A stretch of DNA of 64,000 nt, taken from contig NC_134473.1 in NCBI RefSeq assembly GCF_964194025.1, forward strand, positions 10,726,001 through 10,790,000. The letters are read 5' to 3'. Source of the stretch: Convolutriloba macropyga (Eukaryota). The position numbers and the translations under genes were made by a program. Below the pieces are notes generated by a model that saw nothing but the letters and a program-made list of their open reading frames with translations, made no database searches and was not told the origin of the DNA. How positions within the stretch are numbered: position 1 is the stretch's first letter; the number at the start of each line of letters is the position of its first letter. Positions 11,039 through 23,058 of the stretch are shown piece by piece.

Positions 11039-11332
11039 ATGACGTTTATACGAAATATGAAATTCAAAGGATCGGAAAAAATAAACCCTGCTGAATCAAG
11101 ACCCATTCAATGTCACAATTGTCCAAGGCAATTTAAAAATTTTCATTCACTAATGCAACATCGCCGGGCCAAGCATTATAAAGGCCATAGCAGAAAACAG
11201 TTTTACAAGTCCCGACCTTTAAATCTAAAAACTGACAAATTTTCATTGGCAATGGATAAATTAGCTCGCCTCCTCGAGTCTATTTATATTTCTCGAGAGC
11301 AACCCAATTCAACTTTGGTCAATATGACATAA
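11039..11332 (+). CDS. Single C2H2 zinc-finger protein
   Basis: CHNCPRQFKNFHSLMQHRRAKH. Confidence 0.6.
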   Translation: MTFIRNMKFKGSEKINPAESRPIQCHNCPRQFKNFHSLMQHRRAKHYKGHSRKQFYKSRPLNLKTDKFSLAMDKLARLLESIYISREQPNSTLVNMT

Positions 11333-11730
11333 TTCTATTTATAGACATGACGGAATAATGATGAAATGATTAAGTCAAATAATCAAATCGGTCTGCAACA
11401 ATTTTTTCAATCTTTCCGCCATTGGTTCTTTCTTGTTGTTCAATATAAGTTTTGTGAAAACTCTTTAGTTCTTTGGCACCTTATTACAATACTGCAAGTC
11501 TTTTGTTACTTAATCTTCTTATTGAATTGGCTTTCATCCTGCTTTTCCTTTCAGTTCCATACGATATAAAAGCAAGTTTTCATTTCTCTTGTTACTAGAA
11601 TTGGTTCTAGACTCGGTGCTGTTAAGTCTTTATAAAATTTTCCTTACAAAGAAAACTGTTTGCTTTGTTACCGCTTTAATCCGTAAAATTAGAACAAAAA
11701 ACATCCAATTGTTTATCCATCACCTGCAAT

Positions 11731-12225
11731 ATGGCTGCTGAATATTTAGAAATTGCAAAGACAAGTGAGCGAGGCACCCGAACTCTTGTGCGAATGTGTC
11801 ACAATTTTAAAAATATTGTCCTTGCAAACGAAAGCTATGATGACAAGACAGAATTGTGGCACACAAAAAACAGCATCATTCCTGTGAATTACATTGAACC
11901 AATACTCGATTATACAAAACAAAACGATTTATTCCAACTCACAAAAACGCCAGAAAAATTGTCACGACAAGAGGAGTCTCCATATGCTCCCCGATATTAT
12001 GGCTGCATTACTCCGATTCAAACAAGAAAGCAAAACGTGAAAAAATTGTCCAAAACACGAAAACTGTTTGCAGACTACGATCATGACTGCATTGAAATTT
12101 GGGAAAATCAACTAGGACAGCTAGAAGAAGTTGAGCAGATATCAGATTTTTGGAGTTTCGATCAATCTCAATCGCCTAGTGACATAAAAACTACGGAAAA
12201 AAAGTCTCCCTTTACTTTCCAATAA
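11731..12225 (+). CDS. Hypothetical Polinton protein
   Basis: 164-aa ORF with good ATG context. Confidence 0.5.
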   Translation: MAAEYLEIAKTSERGTRTLVRMCHNFKNIVLANESYDDKTELWHTKNSIIPVNYIEPILDYTKQNDLFQLTKTPEKLSRQEESPYAPRYYGCITPIQTRKQNVKKLSKTRKLFADYDHDCIEIWENQLGQLEEVEQISDFWSFDQSQSPSDIKTTEKKSPFTFQ

Positions 12226-15200
12226 CTTTTCGGATGACGTTAGCATCGAGGAAACTCCTCCGTTAAATCAGTGTTACGCTCCAGTCAAGAAGGTGATCAA
12301 GTTATCTCGGCTCTAAACAAAACAAACTTTCGTCAAACTCATTGTACATATTGAACTTTTTATTTTTGGCTGATTACTGTGTTTCAACGTATGAACTTTG
12401 TGTTTACTTCTTTAAACTAGTTCTTAATTTAATTTTCACTAATGATTCATCTCAGCATCAAACATAGCATGAATGTTTGGAAGAAGGAATTAAGCGTTGC
12501 AGAAAAATTCAGACATTGAACAAACAAGTGGATGAAAGATTGTATTAAACAAATAAACAAAAGTAAAAAGGGTAGAATTAAAACCAGCTGAAGCTTGGGT
12601 ATTTTCATATCATGACAAAAAATCAGTAAACAATTTTCAGCAGATAATAGTACGCGATGCTAGTGATAAAACAAAACTGGGGTAAACAAATAACCCCGCC
12701 GACTGACCTACCTGCACTGAGCAAACAAAAAACAGGAAAGCAGGTAAACAGTTGAATCTCTGTTATTGGCACAACGGTCTGCGAGACTAGAGGCCCACTG
12801 TTTGCTCAGAAGTAGCTTTCAGTTGCAAATGTAAACAAAACGTTTGCCGAGCAGTAGCTTTCAGTTGCAAAAGTAAATAAACAATACGCGCACTCTGATT
12901 GGGTTAGAGAGTTGTGAAAATGTGTGACAACCCAATACTCAATTTTGTCATTTGCTTTTTGCCTTAACAAACACGCGACAACTATTTTCTTTAGCTTCTG
13001 ATTCAAATATCTAAAATGTTTTGAAAAGTCAGGCATTGTCCCAAAATTTTTAGCCTTTGGCTAGTTTTCTTTCCTTGTTCCACAAACGTTTAAGTTTGAA
13101 CTAACGAAAATGAATAGTGTCGATTGTAAAATCTGTCATCGAACGCTCTCGGATAAGCGCAGCCTAAGAAGACATATGAAAACTGTACACAAACAGTAAG
13201 CAGTAACAAATTCGTTCATTTGCGATGAATGCGGTTTCACAGATGAAAAAGTTGTCGAACTTGAAACCCACATGAGACAGCAACATGACTCAATCAGGCC
13301 CCGGTATTGCTTGTACTGCAACAAGTTTTTCGAAAACAATCTGAAGTATATGGAACATATGACCAAAACTCACGGACTTCCGGTGTGGGACGCAGAAATA
13401 GAAAACAACCAAAGTTCTGGTTTACTACCCTCAGAACAAGCATTCAGTGGAGTGCTGAAAACTTACGATATTCCGGTCGGTGCGAACGAGATTGATCTCC
13501 TGAGCTTCTTGCGTAGCAAGCGCACAGAAATAGACAACATCGTGGAATTCAACACTCAGAGTCACGCACAAAAAATTCAGTTTTGCGCCATGGTTCAACT
13601 CACTAAACCGTCGAGCAATAAAAACATAAATAGTCAACCAGATCGAATAAAAATTTACATAAACTCAAAAATGCAACGCGTAGATTTTGTCGGGTTGAAC
13701 AACAACTCATTCGCAGAAATGGTTGAGCAAATGTTGATCTCACTCAACAACTTTGCATCGCATGGGAGTGGATGGACCGTTGACAGCATTGAAAATGTTG
13801 AGATTCGTTTGATGAAGAAAACCGATTAGTGCTTCTTCCTATTTTGCCTTGCCCACTGAGCTAGCTAGATGTCAATACCTGCTGAATATCCGCAACCGAT
13901 CAGATGAAAATTGTTTCCTGTACTGTTTCACTGCTCAGTACCACAAAACATTTGGACCACCAATCGTACCCGAGAATGCGTCATGGAGGCAAAAAACAAA
14001 CCCCATCATGTACAGTCCCGACAACCCGGCAGCCAAACAACCAGTAGGCGAATTTCTAATGCCGATGTCTTTTCACCAATTCGAGAAGTTCGAGCAACTA
14101 AATCAGGTTCGTGTAAATGTTTTCAGACATTCAAACGGCAAACTGATACCGTTCCGTATATCAAAAAATCAGAAATCAGACTTCAACCTTGACTTACTTA
14201 TGCTAAGTGATGGATCGATGCATCACTATGTGCTAATTACCAACATCAAAGGATTAATACACAAATATAAAAAGATAAATCTCCGCAGGGACAACCAAAT
14301 CATCCGCAATCGAAGAACACAAACCCTGTAGCTATGCTTTGCTTTTTGTTGCACTCAATGAAGTCGAACCTTACTTCTTCGATATCAAAAGTGGGCCTAA
14401 TGTGATGTCCGAGTTCGTCAAGTTGCTTGAACAGATCGCAAAACAAATTTATGAAGTCAAGCAAAAACACCGAAACTTTGAAGGTGAGCCAACGATCCCC
14501 AAAGTCGAAGCAACTCATTGCTGGATCTGTTAGTCTGAATTAGATCAAAGCCCGCAAAACCCTACGGTGCTGGATCATTGCCACTTCACTGGAATGTTTC
14601 TTGGGTGGGCACATACTTTCTGCAATTTGAAGCGAAGAACAATAAATTTCACCCCCGTTTTCGCTCACAATTTAGCAAACTACGATCTTCATCATGTGGT
14701 GCTAGCACTACAAAGTTTGGATGAGAAGAACACAATTTCAATTGTTCCCAACACTAGTGAGAAATTTATTTCGTTGCAAATTGGTGTTTACATCAAGTCA
14801 ACTCAGAACAAAAAAGGCGTGTGGCACAACCAGTACGAATATATACGACTCCTGGACTCATTCAAATTAATGAATACATCGCTCGATAACTTAGTCCAAA
14901 ACTTGCCCTCAGACCAATTCACATTACCATTACTCGAACAATATTTCCAAACTTGGCCCGAATCATCCACTAAATTGTTAAAGCAGAAGGGATGCTTTCC
15001 TTACTGCTATATTGATAGCTTTGAAAAAGCTTTGGAAGAGAAACAGCTCCCCCCTCGGGAGAAATGGACAAACAGCTTGCAACAATTCGAAGTTACAGTT
15101 ACCGACGCTGAATATGCGCGGGCGATTGAGGTATTCAATTTGTTTCGATGCCAAAATATAGGAGAGTATTACAACCTGTATCTAAAAACAGATGGTTTTC

Positions 15201-16406
15201 TCCTAGCTGCTGTTGTGCTATGTTTCCGCAATGTATGTTACGAGACATACGGACTGGATTGTTGCCAGAATTACACCGCATCGAATTTGTCTGGTGACGC
15301 AATGCTTAGTTTGTCGACCAGATCTGAAACTCTTGACTGATCGCGAGCATCTGGACATAGTGGAGAGTCTCATACGAGGTGGAGTAAGCTGTGTTTACAG
15401 CAAACGTCTTTGTCGAGCAAATAATAAATTTCTTCCAGATTACAAACCAAAAGGAATTTCATCCTTCATAGTTATGATCGATGCTAATAATTTGGACGGT
15501 GGAATAATGGAAAAATTTCCACTTCCACTCGGGGACTTTGAATTGTTTGACAAAAGTGAGTGGACAGATAACGATGCCCAGGAAACACTGCAACGCATAT
15601 TAAAAACACCAGATGATGATGATACTGGCTTCATTGTAGAAGTAGGCTTCAGCTATCCTGATCATCTACATGATTTGCATTCAGATTTTCCTTTGGCACC
15701 AACCAAGGAAGCAATCGATGAAAGCTGGTTGAGCCAATACCAAAGCGATTTGTTAGATGAAATGCAAATAAAGAAGCCTCCAAAAGTCAAGAAACTAATT
15801 CAGACACTTTTCGACAAAAACAACTACACGCTGCATTACCAGACTCTGAAGCTCTATTTAGAATTGGTACTAGTCGTGACAAAACTGCAACGAATGCTAT
15901 CATTCAAACAAGACAAGTGGTTGGCTCCCTATGTACGACTCAACACAGACAAAAGAAAGCAGGCAAAAACCAAATTTGAGGAAGATTTTTTCAAATTAAT
16001 GGTCAATTCTTCTTTCGGAAAAACTTGCGAGGGAAAGCGAAACCGGATAAAAGTGAAACTGGCGCGCACTGAAGAAGAAACTCTTAAATGGACAGACAGA
16101 CCGGAGTATAAGTCATCGAAAATAATCAGCGAAGATCTAGTAACAGTGAGCCTTGAACAACTTGAAATTTTATGGGACAAGCCAACCATAGTAGGTGCAT
16201 GCATATTGGATCTGGCTAATAAATATATGTTTGAATTCCATTACAAAGTAATGAAGAGAAACTTCGACTGCAATTTGTTGTACTCGGACACAGACTCGTT
16301 TGTATATGAAGTTCGATCAAGAGATTTCTTCGCTGACTTACAGCGGAAAAAAGCCATAGCTGGCCACTTTGATTTTTCCAACTTCCCTCCCGAACATCCA
16401 CTGCAC

Positions 16407-17161
16407 GAAATTTTTTTTTGAATGTTTTGAATTTTATTTGAAAATTTTTTGAAATTTTTTTTCGAAAATTTTTTTTTGAAAATGTTTTTTTTGAAAAAAA
16501 TTATTGAATTTTTTGAAAAAAATTTTTTGAAATTTTTTTTTGAAATTTTCTTTGAATTTTTTTTTGAATGTTTTGAATTTTATTTGAAAATTTTTTGAAT
16601 TTTTTTTTCGAAAATTTTTTGAAAATGTTTTTGAAAAAAATTATTGAATTTTTTAAAAAAATTTTTTGAAAAATTTTTTTATTGAAATAACAATTTTTCA
16701 ATTTTTTTTGAAATTTTTTTTTTGAAAAAAATTTTTTTGAGACTTAAATTTAAAAACAATTTAAAATTTAAAAACAATTTGAAATTTTTTGAAAATTTTA
16801 TTTTTTTAATTTTGAAAAATTTTTTTATTGAAAAAACAATTTTTCAATTTTTGAAAATTTTTTTTGAAAAATTTTTTTAAATTTTTTGAATAATTTTAAA
16901 TTTTTTTTAAAAAATTTTTTTTTTGGAAATTTTTTTTTTAATTTTTTTTTTTTGAAAAATTTTTTTATTGAAAAAATTTTTCAATTTTTTTGAAATTTTT
17001 TTTGAAATTTTTTTGAAATTTTTTTTTTGAAAATTTTTTTGAAAAAACTTTTGAAATTTTTTGAAAAAAAATTTTGAAATTTTGAAAAAATTTGAACATT
17101 TTTTTGAAAAATTTAAAACAATTTGAAATTTTTTTTTTGAAAAAACAAATTTTCATTTCAG
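16407..17161 (+). repeat. Copy of the A/T intron satellite lacking its donor site
   Basis: Same TTTTTGAAAAA units and same acceptor; 112 nt of exon plus the donor are absent. Confidence 0.85.
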
Positions 17162-18795
17162 GCCCTGCTAAGCAATCAGCGAAAGGAGTAACAAAAGATG
17201 CACGGCGCAGCGTGACCCACGAACTTTACAAAAGAACTCTTCTTGGTGGTGAGGTAGTGCGCCTCCTCAACACCCGAATAGCTTCAAGCAACCACTGGCT
17301 CCACACAATTGTTGTGAATAAAAAGTCGTTGTCGGGTTATGATGATAAGCGATTCATCATGAATGACCAAGTATCAACTCTGCCCTATGGACATCAATCT
17401 TTGAGAGATGACATGTTCTTCCGCACAATAGTCAACGACCCTGATTGGGGCTCCTAGGATGAAGAAAGCGAAAAAGAACAGCAGCAAAAAACTCAGCAGA
17501 AAAAAAAGCACCAGCCGCAAGACAGCACAACTCAACAGCACAAGAACAAGCAGCAGAAACAACAACAGCAGCAAACAAGCATTCCACAACCCAGCAGCAT
17601 ACACAACACAAGTTTCAATTCTATTCCCGACCCAGGTTTTCATCAGCGAGAATGTAGCGAGGACGAATTGAATGAAAACCTTGTTGATTTTGACAAATTG
17701 TCAGATTTGTCAGACAGTGGATCTTCGACAGACCCGGCTTGCGATGGCTTTATATTGGACCTAATAATTTGTACGGTGGAATAATGGAAAAATTTCCACT
17801 TCCACTCGGGGACTTTGAATTGTTCGACAAAAGTGAGTTGACAGATAACGATGCCCAGGAAACACTGCAACGCATATTAAAAACACCAGATGATGATGAT
17901 ACTGGCTTCATTGTAGAAGTAGGCTTCAGCTATCCTGATCATCTACATGATTTGCATTCAGATTTTCCTTTGGCACCAACCAAGGAAGCAATCGATGAAA
18001 GCTGGTTGAGCCAATACCAAAGCGATTTGTTAGATGAAATGCAAATAAAGAAGCCTCCAAAAGTCAAGAAACTAATTCAGACACTTTTCGACAAAAACAA
18101 CTACACGCTGCATTACCAGACTCTGAAGCTCTATTTAGAATTGGTACTAGTCGTGACAAAACTGCAACGAATGCTATCATTCAAACAAGACAAGTGGTTG
18201 GCTCCCTATGTACGACTCAACACAGACAAAAGAAAGCAGGCAAAAACCAAATTTGAGGAAGATTTTTTCAAATTAATGGTCATTTCTTCTTTCGGAAAAA
18301 CTCGCGAGGGAAAGCGAAACCGGATAAAAGTGAAACTGGCGCGCGCTGAAGAAGAAACTCTTAAATGGACAGACAGACCGGAGTATAAGTCATCGAAAAT
18401 AATCAGCGAAGATCTAGTAACAGTGAGCCTCGAACAACTTGAAATTTTATGGGACAAGCCAACCATAGTAGGTGCATGCATATTGGATCTGGCTAATAAA
18501 TGTATGTTTGAATTCCATTACAAAGTAATGAAGAGAAACTTCGACTGCAATTTGTTGTACTCGGACACAGACTCGTTTGTATATGAAGTTCGATCAAGAG
18601 ATTTCTTCGCTGACTTACAGCGGAAAAAAGCCATAGCTGGCCACTTTGATTTTTCCAACTTCCCTCCCGAACATCCACTGCACAACAAGGACAATGCACG
18701 TGTTACTCTCAAATTCAAGGACGAGATGGGACGCAGGCTTACATCAGAGTTCTGTGGACTGAAACCCAAACTGTACTCAATCACGCTTGCTGAAG

Positions 18796-19478
18796 GTAGT
18801 TTTTTCAAAAAAATTTGAAATTTGAAATTTTTGAAATTTTTCTGAAAGTTTTTGAATTTTTCTGAAAAAATTTTTTTCTGAAATTTTTTTTAATTTTTTT
18901 GAAAAATTTTTTTAATGAAATAACAATTTTTCATTTTTTTTTGAAATTTTTTTTTGAAAAAAATTTTTTTGAAACTTTTTTCAAATTTTTTTTTTGAAAA
19001 AATTTTTGAAATTTTTGAAAATTTTTGAAATTTTGAAAAAATTTGAACATTTTGAACAATTTAAAAACAATTTGAAGTTTTTTTTTGAAAATTTTATTTT
19101 TTTAATTTTGAAAATTTTTTTTGAAAAAACAATTTTTCAATTTTTGAAAATTTTTTTTGAAAATTTCTTCAAATTTTTTTTTTGAAAAATTTTTTTTAAA
19201 TTTTTTGAATAATTTTAAATTTTTTTTTAAATTTTATTTTGAAATTTTTAATTTTTTTTTTTTGAAAAATTTTTTTATTGAAAAAACAATTTTTCAATTT
19301 TTCAATTTTGAAATTTTTTTTGAAAATTTTTTGAAACTTGAAATTTTTTTTTTTGAAAAAACTTTTGAAATTTTTTGAAAAAAAATTTTGAAATTTTGAA
19401 AAAATTTGAACATTTTTTTTTTGAAAAATTTAAAACAATTTGAAAATTTTTTTTTGAAAAAACAAATTTTCATTTCAG
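18796..19478 (+). other. Putative spliceosomal intron in pPolB composed of A/T low-complexity repeats
   Basis: GAAG|GTAGTT donor, TTTCATTTCAG|GC acceptor; splicing restores KLYSITLAEGPAKQSAKGV. Confidence 0.85.
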
Positions 19479-22083
19479 GCCCTGCTAAGCAATCAGCGAA
19501 AGGAGTAACAAAAGATGCACGGCGCAGCATGACCCACGAACTATACAAAAGAACTCTTCTTGGTGGTGAGGTAGTGCGCCTCCTCAACACCCGAATAGCT
19601 TCGAGCAACCACAGGCTCCACACAATTGTTGTGAATAAAAAGTCGTTGTCGGGTTATGATGATAAGCGATTCATCATGAATGACCAAGTATCAACTCTGC
19701 CCTATGGACATCAATCTTTGAGAGATGACATGTTCTTCCGCACAATAGTCAACGACCCTGATGGGGGCTCCGAGGATGAAGAAAGCGAAAAAGAACAGCA
19801 GCAAAAAACTCAGCAGAAAAAAAGCACCAGCCGCAAGACAGCACAACTCAACAGCACAAGAACAAGCAGCAGAAACAACAACAGCAGCAAACAAGCATTC
19901 CACAACCCAGCAGCATACACAACACAAGTTTCAATTCTATTCCCGACCCAGGTTTTCATCAGCGAGAATGTAGCGAGGACGAATTGAATGAAAACCTTGT
20001 TGATTTTGACAAATTGTCAGATTTGTCAGACAGTGGATCTTCGACAGACCCGGCTTGCGATGGCTTTATATTGGACCAAGCAGTCGAATCGGATAACGCT
20101 ACTGTTTCAAGTGACAATAAAGTCACTTTGGTAGCACCGGAAAAAGAGAAAAAAGAAAGCAGAAAAAGGAGCTGCAAAAAAACCACGCTCGCATTATAGA
20201 CTATTCATCAACTGATGAAGATTGAACTCAGTGATTGGCGTATGCATACTTAAAGACTAACTAAGTTTTTTACTGTTAAAAAGCCCGCGAACAGAAGTAT
20301 GAAATAAGTAAGCTCCAATTAAGATGAAATTTTTTGAGTTTTTGTTGAAGTGCGGAACGCTCGGTCCCTCCTCTTCTTGTATTCCACAAGTTGTTGTGCA
20401 AACCTATTGCTAGTAACAACTCTCTCAGTAAAAAGTTCCTCTCAGGAAACCAGTGGCAGTTATTTCAAGTCTCAATCAAAAATCCTCCACCCCGAAACAA
20501 AACTCCCCCATCGTGCGCTGCGAACTACTAGCTGGATTGGTAGCAGCTGCTCGATCTCCACTTCGGTATCTTGCAAGACCGATCTCAAAAGTTCACGACC
20601 GGAACTTCTACGGCGTGCTCAACCTCCCGAGTTCACAGTCTATCATTGGAGTATTGGATTTTTGAAATTGACTTAAAATTACCAACTAACCGATTAAGTG
20701 AGAGAAACTTTGGCCTTTGCTTGAACTCATTATCAAGTTTAAGAACCACTAGTTAAAGATTAATTGAATAGACAGGTTACATTTTTGTATAAACAAGACA
20801 AATCAAAAGGCAAATGTTTGTACAAATCATTTTAAAAAGTATAAATTGAAAAAACATTCGCGGGCATGAATGCCGAATCAGTGTTTTTTAAACCACGATT
20901 ACAGAAGCAATGAAAAAGTCTATTTCAACTCCACTTTTCTTTCGTATATGAATGTAGATAACAGCCACGTAATTTCAAAACAAACCAGTTACTAGAGAAA
21001 CCCGACAAGATCTGATGACCCAATACTGTTGATGAAGAATCATACTGAATGACAAATTTGGTGTTGCCAGAAAAAAAATGGCGAATTTTAGATAAAAAAC
21101 AATAAAAACAAGCCATTGAAAATCTCAGGAAACCTTTTCTGATTAATTCCTTCCCAAATTGAGATCCATCAAGTTGCTCTGTTTCTCAATTGTACCAGTC
21201 TTTGGTTTTTAATTTTTTTTTTCAATCAGATCCTATAGATAAATTCGCCAATTTTTGATTGATTTATGTTTTCTGTCGTCAGAGTCAGATTGCGTTGAGA
21301 AGAAAGTGAAGAAAAAGAAGTCAAATTTTTGTTAGAATAAAAACCAAAAGATAAAGCTACCGAATAGTAGAACAATTTGCTGGAGAATGAAACTCAAATA
21401 TTTCAACCAAATTTTAACCAGACGAAGTTTTATAGCAACATAGCCCATGTTTTTTTAAGCCAAAACTCAAAGAAATTTGTTTCCTTTGAACCCCGATAAT
21501 AATTGTTTAATATGTTGACAAGTCACAGTTTTATCTTGCCGCAATTAATTAGCAGCGGCCCATATTTCACATAAAAAAACCTAGAATTTTGACATTTTTG
21601 CAAAAAATGGGTCTGATAAACGAAAGTATGTTAAAGTAGCATCTATGTTATTTGCCATAGCTCCAAAGTAGCGTTGGTTGAGAGAGAAAGCAGTAAATGT
21701 ACACTGTCTGGTTACAAAAATAATAGTCAACTATTACTACGCTGGGTTGAGATGAAAGAGAATGCGGCAAAAACTGGGTCACTCTGTGAAACAAAATTAG
21801 TAAAGATCCATATGGCCGAATCGGCGTATAAGCCCCTAGGTGCCGATGCACAAGTTAATTTTCATCAATACCTAATAACTGGAATCTTTGCAATTCGAGT
21901 CGAGTTGTTAAAGATGGCATGTTAATATTCTTAGTGATAATATTCCTCCAGCTATTCATCTGTCTCGATCTCTAACTGGTCAAAAATAAATTTAAACGTA
22001 TAAAGAATAGGTTAAATTGGACAACAATCAGAAAGTTGAATCTCTGTCTATTGAGTCTTTGTCCTTCACTGGATTAGTTTTTG

Positions 22084-22647
22084 CTATACCAGTCTTTGTC
22101 TTTTCAGATTTTTTATCTTTTTTTCGGCTTCTTCGGCTGCTCTTCGTTTTTCCACAATTGGATAAGAAGGAGGCGCACGTTGGACTGCTGGTTCGAGTGA
22201 TCCTTCTACCCGAGGGTTCTGCAGCTCGACGCGTAACCGAGCAACTGTGTCCCATGCTCGATTTCTTTCTCGCTGCACATTTTCAAGGAGACGATCACTG
22301 TGGTCCCGCTCGCTTACTGTCCTTCGGTGTCGATAGGACAGAACTTCTATATCGCGCTGGGACTGGTATAGCATTCGCTCGACGTTTGCTCTTTCACAAA
22401 TAGCGTTATTTCGTTCACGAGTAACGGTGTTAAGCTGCCGGTTGAGTGCATCAACAATTACCATACAACTTCGAAAGTTGTTCATCGCACAGTCTCTATG
22501 CTCGTGGGCTACATCCCGTTGCTGCTCTGTCTTTTTGCGTTCTTTTATAAGCGACTGAATCATTTGTATAAGATTGAAAGTACAGGATATTAAACAAAAT
22601 AAAGGATGGAAAAAATTAATAACGCAAGAAGCTATTAGAATGAACAA
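22084..22647 (-). CDS. Hypothetical coiled-coil protein near the right TIR
   Basis: Repeated ERD/ERN heptad-like pattern; likely start at MIQSL. Confidence 0.5.
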   Translation of the reverse strand: MFILIASCVINFFHPLFCLISCTFNLIQMIQSLIKERKKTEQQRDVAHEHRDCAMNNFRSCMVIVDALNRQLNTVTRERNNAICERANVERMLYQSQRDIEVLSYRHRRTVSERDHSDRLLENVQRERNRAWDTVARLRVELQNPRVEGSLEPAVQRAPPSYPIVEKRRAAEEAEKKIKNLKRQRLV

Positions 22648-22933
22648 CTTATCTGTTTTACACTAGTCAACAAAATTTTATCGCCCCTCACCCACGCGAA
22701 ACTGTCTGAGATCTTCTAAGATGAACTCCCCCCGCCTAGATATCTCAAGTTTACACATCATACACAAAACATGTAATCGCAATGGTAGCAATAGCAGTGC
22801 TTAATTTATATCACTGTTGTAAACAAACAAACAGACCCCGCAGCAAACAGTTAGTCGTAACAAAAACTGGGTCAAGCTTGTAAGCAAATTGAACAAAGTT
22901 AAAATCAACCGAAAAGTTTTCCATTTTTGGTCC

Positions 22934-23058
22934 AAAAAGGGGGGGGGACAATTTCTGCAACCTATAAAATTTTTGGAAGTGTCCCACACCGTTGTAGATG
23001 TGCATTGCAAAAATTGTCCGTCCCCCCGTTGAGGTTCTAGTCACTTTCCTTTACTACT
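22934..23058 (-). repeat. Right terminal inverted repeat
   Basis: Reverse complement reads AGTAGTAAAGGAAAGTGACTAGAACCTCAACGGGGGGACGGACAA...; only one copy of the subrepeat. Confidence 0.92.

Larger units (their letters stand above)
15484..20076 (+). repeat. Tandem duplication of the pPolB 3' half (15484-17760 and 17761-20076)
   Basis: Near-identical sequence; junction TATATTGGAC|CTAATAATTT. Confidence 0.95.
13110..20199 (+). pseudogene. Protein-primed family B DNA polymerase (pPolB) with N-terminal C2H2 fingers and EndoVII-like insert; disrupted, 3' part duplicated, intron-containing
   Basis: GSGW, NCFLY, CWIC...DHCH...AH..CN, HNLANYD, DSF, KG.FPY, YLKTD, RGG, DANNL(Y)G, KLMVNS.FGK, YSDTDS, KFKDE, K.YS, AKGV, DDKR, LPYGH. 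Confidence 0.95.
1031..23058 (+). mobile_element. Polinton/Maverick (adintovirus-like) element, full length, decayed
   Basis: Starts AGTAGTAAAGGAAAGTGACTAGAACCTCAACGGGGG at 1031 and ends with the reverse complement at 23058. 6-bp TSD ACTGTC at 1025-1030 and 23059-23064. Contains ATPase, integrase, capsid, protease and pPolB genes. Confidence 0.97.

Noticed and set aside
16407-19478. K/F/N-rich ORFs (16501, 16965, 18994, 19157, 19294)
   Set aside because: Translations of the A/T satellite intron.
20320-21930. Possible additional Polinton genes right of pPolB
   Set aside because: Only short interrupted frames with no recognisable family.
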